Shown here piece by piece: positions 60,678-64,000 of a stretch of 64,000 nt of DNA; positions within the stretch are counted from its first letter, which is position 1, and each line of letters opens with the position of its first letter. Source of the stretch: an uncultured Candidatus Rokubacteria bacterium (GTDB lineage: Bacteria > Methylomirabilota > Methylomirabilia > Rokubacteriales > CSP1-6); assembly GCA_963762145.1 (NCBI GenBank), contig CAVXJS010000014.1, positions 576,001 to 640,000 of the forward strand, read 5' to 3'. The notes beneath the pieces are model-generated. The model made no database searches. It saw nothing but the letters and a program-made list of their open reading frames with translations, and was not told the origin of the DNA. The position numbers and the translations under genes are program-made.

Positions 60678-61758
60678 CCAGGGGCGGCAGCCCCATCTCT
60701 CGCGTGCACTCGCCGAACCACTCGATCACTTCCTTGTGGAGCGGGATGCCGTGGGCCCGGCGCTCCGCCAGCTCCTCGGCCTCGGACAGCCCCGGGTAGA
60801 GCACGCGCTCCTGGCCCGGCGCGGGCGCGGCGGTGCGCAGGGTGCGGAGCATCTCGTCCATCGTGTCCTTGAAGCGCCCGAGGTCGGTGAAGGCCTCGAT
60901 GTTGTAGGCCGCGAACTGGTTCTTGGACCCGCTGCCCGGCGCCAGCATGGTCGGCAGCGCGCCCGCCAGCATGGTGGCGAGCACCTCGGCCATGAGCGCG
61001 AAGCCGTAGCCCTTGTGCGAGCCCTGCTCGCGGGTGCCGCCGAGGGGAGCCTGGTAGACGTCCTCGCGATCGAAGAGGGGCTTCTCCTCCATGATCGGCG
61101 TGCCCTCCTTGTCGGTCACCCAGCCCGCGAGCAGCGGCGAGCCGATGCGCATGGCGAGCCGGATCTTGTTGCCCGCGATCGCGGAGGTGGCCGCGTCGAA
61201 GAGCATCGGCGCCTCGTGGCGCGCGGGCGCGGCGAGCGCGATCGGATTGGTGCCGAGCAGGGGCTTGGCCCCGAAGGTCGGCACCACGTGCAGGCCCGCG
61301 GCGGTGAAGCAGGCGCCCACCATGTCGGCCTGGGCGGCCTGCATCGCGAAGTGGCCGATCGCGCCGAAGTGCCCGCTGTTGTGCACCGTCACGATCCCGA
61401 CGCCGACCTTGCGCGCCTTCTCGATCGCCAGCCGCATCGCCTTCGGCCCCACGATGATACCGAGGCGCTTGCCCGCGTCGATCACCGCGGTGCCGGGCGC
61501 CTCGCGCTCGATCGTCCAGCCCGGCCGCGGGTCGAGCTTGCCGGCCCGGTAGTCGCGGACGTAAGCGCGGAGCATGTTCGACACCCCGTGGGTCTCGACC
61601 CCGCGCAGGTCGGTCATGGTCAGCACGTCCGCTGCGTCGGCGGCGTCCTCCGGCGTGACGCCGAGCGTCTCGAAGATCTGGGTGGTGGTCCGGCGCAGCG
61701 ACGCTTCCGAGACCAGCACCTGGTCCTGCGGCGGAACCTTGAAGCGCTCGAGGATCAT
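60652..61758 (-). CDS. Ldh_2-family (malate/lactate/ureidoglycolate dehydrogenase-like) oxidoreductase
   Basis: DLRGVETHG, NSGHFG, GTNPIA, FDAATS, HKGYG and VLYPG motifs. Confidence 0.9.
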   Translation of the reverse strand: MILERFKVPPQDQVLVSEASLRRTTTQIFETLGVTPEDAADAADVLTMTDLRGVETHGVSNMLRAYVRDYRAGKLDPRPGWTIEREAPGTAVIDAGKRLGIIVGPKAMRLAIEKARKVGVGIVTVHNSGHFGAIGHFAMQAAQADMVGACFTAAGLHVVPTFGAKPLLGTNPIALAAPARHEAPMLFDAATSAIAGNKIRLAMRIGSPLLAGWVTDKEGTPIMEEKPLFDREDVYQAPLGGTREQGSHKGYGFALMAEVLATMLAGALPTMLAPGSGSKNQFAAYNIEAFTDLGRFKDTMDEMLRTLRTAAPAPGQERVLYPGLSEAEELAERRAHGIPLHKEVIEWFGECTREMGLPPLATAPGSSS

Positions 61759-61795
61759 GGGTCGTCCCTCCCGGCTGCATCCTAACCGAGTTTAT

Positions 61796-61826
61796 TCTTG
61801 ACCGATCGTTCAAGATTGGCTATCGT
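61796..61826 (+). promoter_or_regulatory. Sigma70 promoter overlapped by a 20-bp palindromic operator (probable TetR site)
   Basis: TCTTGACCGATCGTTCAAGA (61796-61815, one mismatched pair); TTGACC(61798)-N17-TATCGT(61821); ATG 8 nt later. Confidence 0.7.
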
Positions 61827-61834
61827 CGCCCGCG

Positions 61835-62452
61835 ATGCCGCGCCAGAAGGAGTTCGACCGGGAGGCGGCGCTGGACCGCGCGATGAGCGCGTTCTGGAGC
61901 AACGGGTACGCCGCGACGTCCGTCGAAGACCTGGTGGCCCAAATGGGCATCCAGCGAGGAAGCCTCTACGCCACCTTCGGCGACAAGCGGTCGCTGTTCC
62001 TCAGCACGCTCGACCGCTACCAGCGGGTGGTCACCCGCGAGCTCTTCGAGGTGCTCGAGGCGCCCGGGTCCGGGCTCGAGGCGATTCGGCGGTTCTTCCG
62101 CCTCCGGGTGGAGGCGGCGCTGGACCGGAGCCGGCCGGCGGGATGCCTGGTGACGAACTCGGCGGTCGAGCTGTCGCGGCGCGATCGCGGTGCGTCGGCC
62201 AAGGTGGGCGGCTCGATGGCCGGGCTCGAGGCGGCCTTCCTCCGGGCGCTCGAGCGGGCCCGCGCCCGGGGGGAGTTGGCCGCCGGCCGGGACTTGCGGG
62301 CCTTGGCCCGATTCCTGACCAGCAGCGCCCAGGGCCTCTCGGTGATGGCCAAGGCCTTCCCGGAGCGCCCGGTGCTCCAGGATGTGGTCGCGGTCGTCCT
62401 GACTGCGATCGAGGCCGGGCGGCCGGGGCCCCGTCGGAAGCGGGCGCGGTGA
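61835..62452 (+). CDS. TetR-family regulator (NemR/ComR-like)
   Basis: MPRQKEFDRE...FWSNGY..TS...GIQRGSLYATFGDK HTH; GCLVTN motif. Confidence 0.92.
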   Translation: MPRQKEFDREAALDRAMSAFWSNGYAATSVEDLVAQMGIQRGSLYATFGDKRSLFLSTLDRYQRVVTRELFEVLEAPGSGLEAIRRFFRLRVEAALDRSRPAGCLVTNSAVELSRRDRGASAKVGGSMAGLEAAFLRALERARARGELAAGRDLRALARFLTSSAQGLSVMAKAFPERPVLQDVVAVVLTAIEAGRPGPRRKRAR

Positions 62453-62501
62453 TCACGTGAGAGGGGAGCTCGCCGCTCGGCGGTGCGCGTGAGGAGACGC
62501 C

Positions 62502-63155
62502 ATGTCACTCGAGGAAAAGCTCGCCGCGATCCGGGAGATGGCCAAGACCCGCCAGCCACCGGAGGTGCGCGCGGTCATGCAGAAGGCGACCGAGGATCTG
62601 CGCGCCTCCGGGATCATGGACCGCGTCGTCAAGGTCGGTGCGCCCGCCCCCGACTTCACGCTGCCCAACATGGCGGGCCAGCCAGTGAGCCTGGCCGTTC
62701 TTCGGGCGCGCGGCCCGGTCGTGCTGTCCTTCTATCGCGGCCGGTGGTGACCCTACTGCAACGCAGAGCTGGACGCTCTGCAGCAGGCTCTGCCCGAGAT
62801 CGCCGCTGCCGGCGCCTCGCTCGTCGTGGTGTCGCCCCAGGTGACCCGCACCACGCGAGAGACGGACGAGCCCCGGCCCATGACCTGCGAGGTGCTGCGC
62901 GATCTCGGCAATCGCGTGGCCGCGGAGTACGGGCTCGTCTTCACGTTGCCGGAGGCGCTGCAGCCCATCTACACCAAGTTCGGCATCGACCTGCCCCGGG
63001 GCAATGGGGACGGCACCTGGCGCCTGCCGGTGCCGGCTCGCTTCGTCATCGACCGGGAGGGCATCATCCGCGCGGTCGACGCCGACCCCGACTACACGAG
63101 ACGGCCGGAGCCCGCCCAGACGGTGGAGGTCCTGCGCCGTCTGCAATCCCGCTGA
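62502..63155 (+). CDS. AhpC/TSA peroxiredoxin-like protein, putative selenoprotein (UxxC, UGA at 62748-62750)
   Basis: APDFTLPN...GPVVLSFYRGRW-[TGA]-PYCNAEL...LVVVSPQ...W.LPVPA.FVID..G.I...DPDYTRRPEP; 217 aa in one frame; the family consensus here is FYRGxWCPYC. Confidence 0.88.
62763..62781 (+). promoter_or_regulatory. Putative bacterial SECIS hairpin
   Basis: GCAGAGC-UGGAC-GCUCUGC, perfect 7-bp stem from +13 to +31 after the UGA; lower stem CUGC/GCAG. Confidence 0.7.
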
Positions 63156-63168
63156 GGAGGACGTCGCG

Positions 63169-63675
63169 ATGACCACGCCGTCAGGACTGGACCCGTCGAT
63201 CCGGAGCCGCGAGATGGTCTTCGAGGCGGACGTCACGGGAGTCACGCCGTTTCTCAAGCTGGCCACCGTGAGCCTCAACGGGGCCTCGCCGATGACCTTC
63301 GCCTGCGACGAGCCGCCGAGCCTCGGCGGCCTGGGCTCCGCGCCCACCCCGCTCATGTACTTCGCCGCTGCGCTCGCGTTCTGACTGATGACCCAGGTGT
63401 CCCGCTATGGACACATGCTGAAGGTCACGGTGACGCGGATGACCATGCACGTGAAGGCGAGCTTCCGGGTGACCGGCTCGGTCCTGGACGACACGATCGC
63501 CGGCGAGATGCTCGGCGCGGAGACCACGCTCGAGCTGGAGTCGCCCGACCCGCCGGACCGCGTGGCTCGGGTCGTGCGCAGCGCGGAGCGCGGGTGCTTC
63601 GTGATGCAGGCCCTGCTCCGGCCGGTGCCGGTGACCGGTCGGACGCTCCTCAACCGTGAGCCCCTGACGGGGTAA
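63169..63675 (+). CDS. OsmC/Ohr-family protein, putative selenoprotein (UGA at 63382-63384)
   Basis: AGGAGG RBS; CDEPPSLGG.GSAPTPLMYFAAALAF-[TGA]-LMTQ...AERGCFV; 168 aa in one frame; the TGA sits at the first catalytic Cys and the second Cys is retained. Confidence 0.85.
63397..63414 (+). promoter_or_regulatory. Putative bacterial SECIS hairpin
   Basis: GUGUCC-CGCUAU-GGACAC, 6-bp stem from +13 to +30 after the UGA; lower stem CAG/CUG. Confidence 0.6.
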
Positions 63676-63683
63676 GCCTCTCG

Positions 63684-63712
63684 TTGACCCCGGGGCCCGG
63701 CGGGTCTAGATT
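63684..63712 (+). promoter_or_regulatory. Putative sigma70 promoter
   Basis: TTGACC-N17-TAGATT upstream of ATG 63764; same boxes as at 49495. Confidence 0.5.
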
Positions 63713-63763
63713 CACTTCCTGGGCGCTCCGGCCGTTCCACCCGGGGCCCCGAGGAGGCTGATC

Positions 63764-64000
63764 ATGCTCGGTCTGGGAATGGCGTCGTCGCACGCCCCGA
63801 TGATGTTCCAGAAGGCGCAGTACTGGCCGCGGGTGGTCGGGCGGATCCCGGCCGAGGCCCGCGAGCAGCTGCCGCGCAGCGCCCGGGAGGAGATCGCGAG
63901 CCCGGCCATCATCGAGGCGAACATCCAGCGCATCGAGGCCGGGCTGGCCACGCTGCGCGATCAGCTCCGGGCCTACCGCCCGGACGCGCTCGTCATGATC
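63764..64000 (+). CDS. LigB-type extradiol ring-cleavage dioxygenase family, N-terminus (truncated by window edge)
   Basis: AGGAGG RBS; MLGLGMASSHAP...LRDQLRAYRPDALVMI; not listed in the ORF track. Confidence 0.7.
   Translation, partial: MLGLGMASSHAPMMFQKAQYWPRVVGRIPAEAREQLPRSAREEIASPAIIEANIQRIEAGLATLRDQLRAYRPDALVMI

Noticed and set aside
1-64000. Genome-wide reassignment of TGA (code 4 or 25)
   Set aside because: Many genes end correctly at TGA with ATGA/TGATG overlaps, and Trp is encoded by TGG

Overview
Very GC-rich, gene-dense bacterial chromosome segment with about 60 genes, mostly catabolic enzymes and transporters. These include a CoxMSL/xanthine-dehydrogenase-type Mo enzyme with a MoaD-like carrier, a ureide/cyclic-amide catabolic region (amidase, hydA, puuE, ureidoglycolate lyase, ABC importer), several orphan ABC solute-binding proteins, LLM oxidoreductases, SDRs, a BVMO, LarA and Ada/AlkA. 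The style resembles Candidatus Rokubacteria/Methylomirabilota (inference only). No rRNA, tRNA, CRISPR array, prophage or transposase was seen. The main signal is three redox genes that the ORF track splits at an in-frame TGA lying exactly on the catalytic Cys position: AhpD-like (CxxU, 7030-7032), peroxiredoxin-like (UxxC, 62748-62750) and OsmC-like (63382-63384). Each TGA is followed by a hairpin whose upper stem starts at +13, i.e. candidate selenoproteins with a shared SECIS geometry. Two of them form a TetR-led operon with a palindromic operator over the promoter. Also present are two families of intergenic palindromic repeats, divergent active sites in the Alr and AroA homologues, a probable ATA start codon, and about 10 single-base frameshifts that look like long-read assembly errors.
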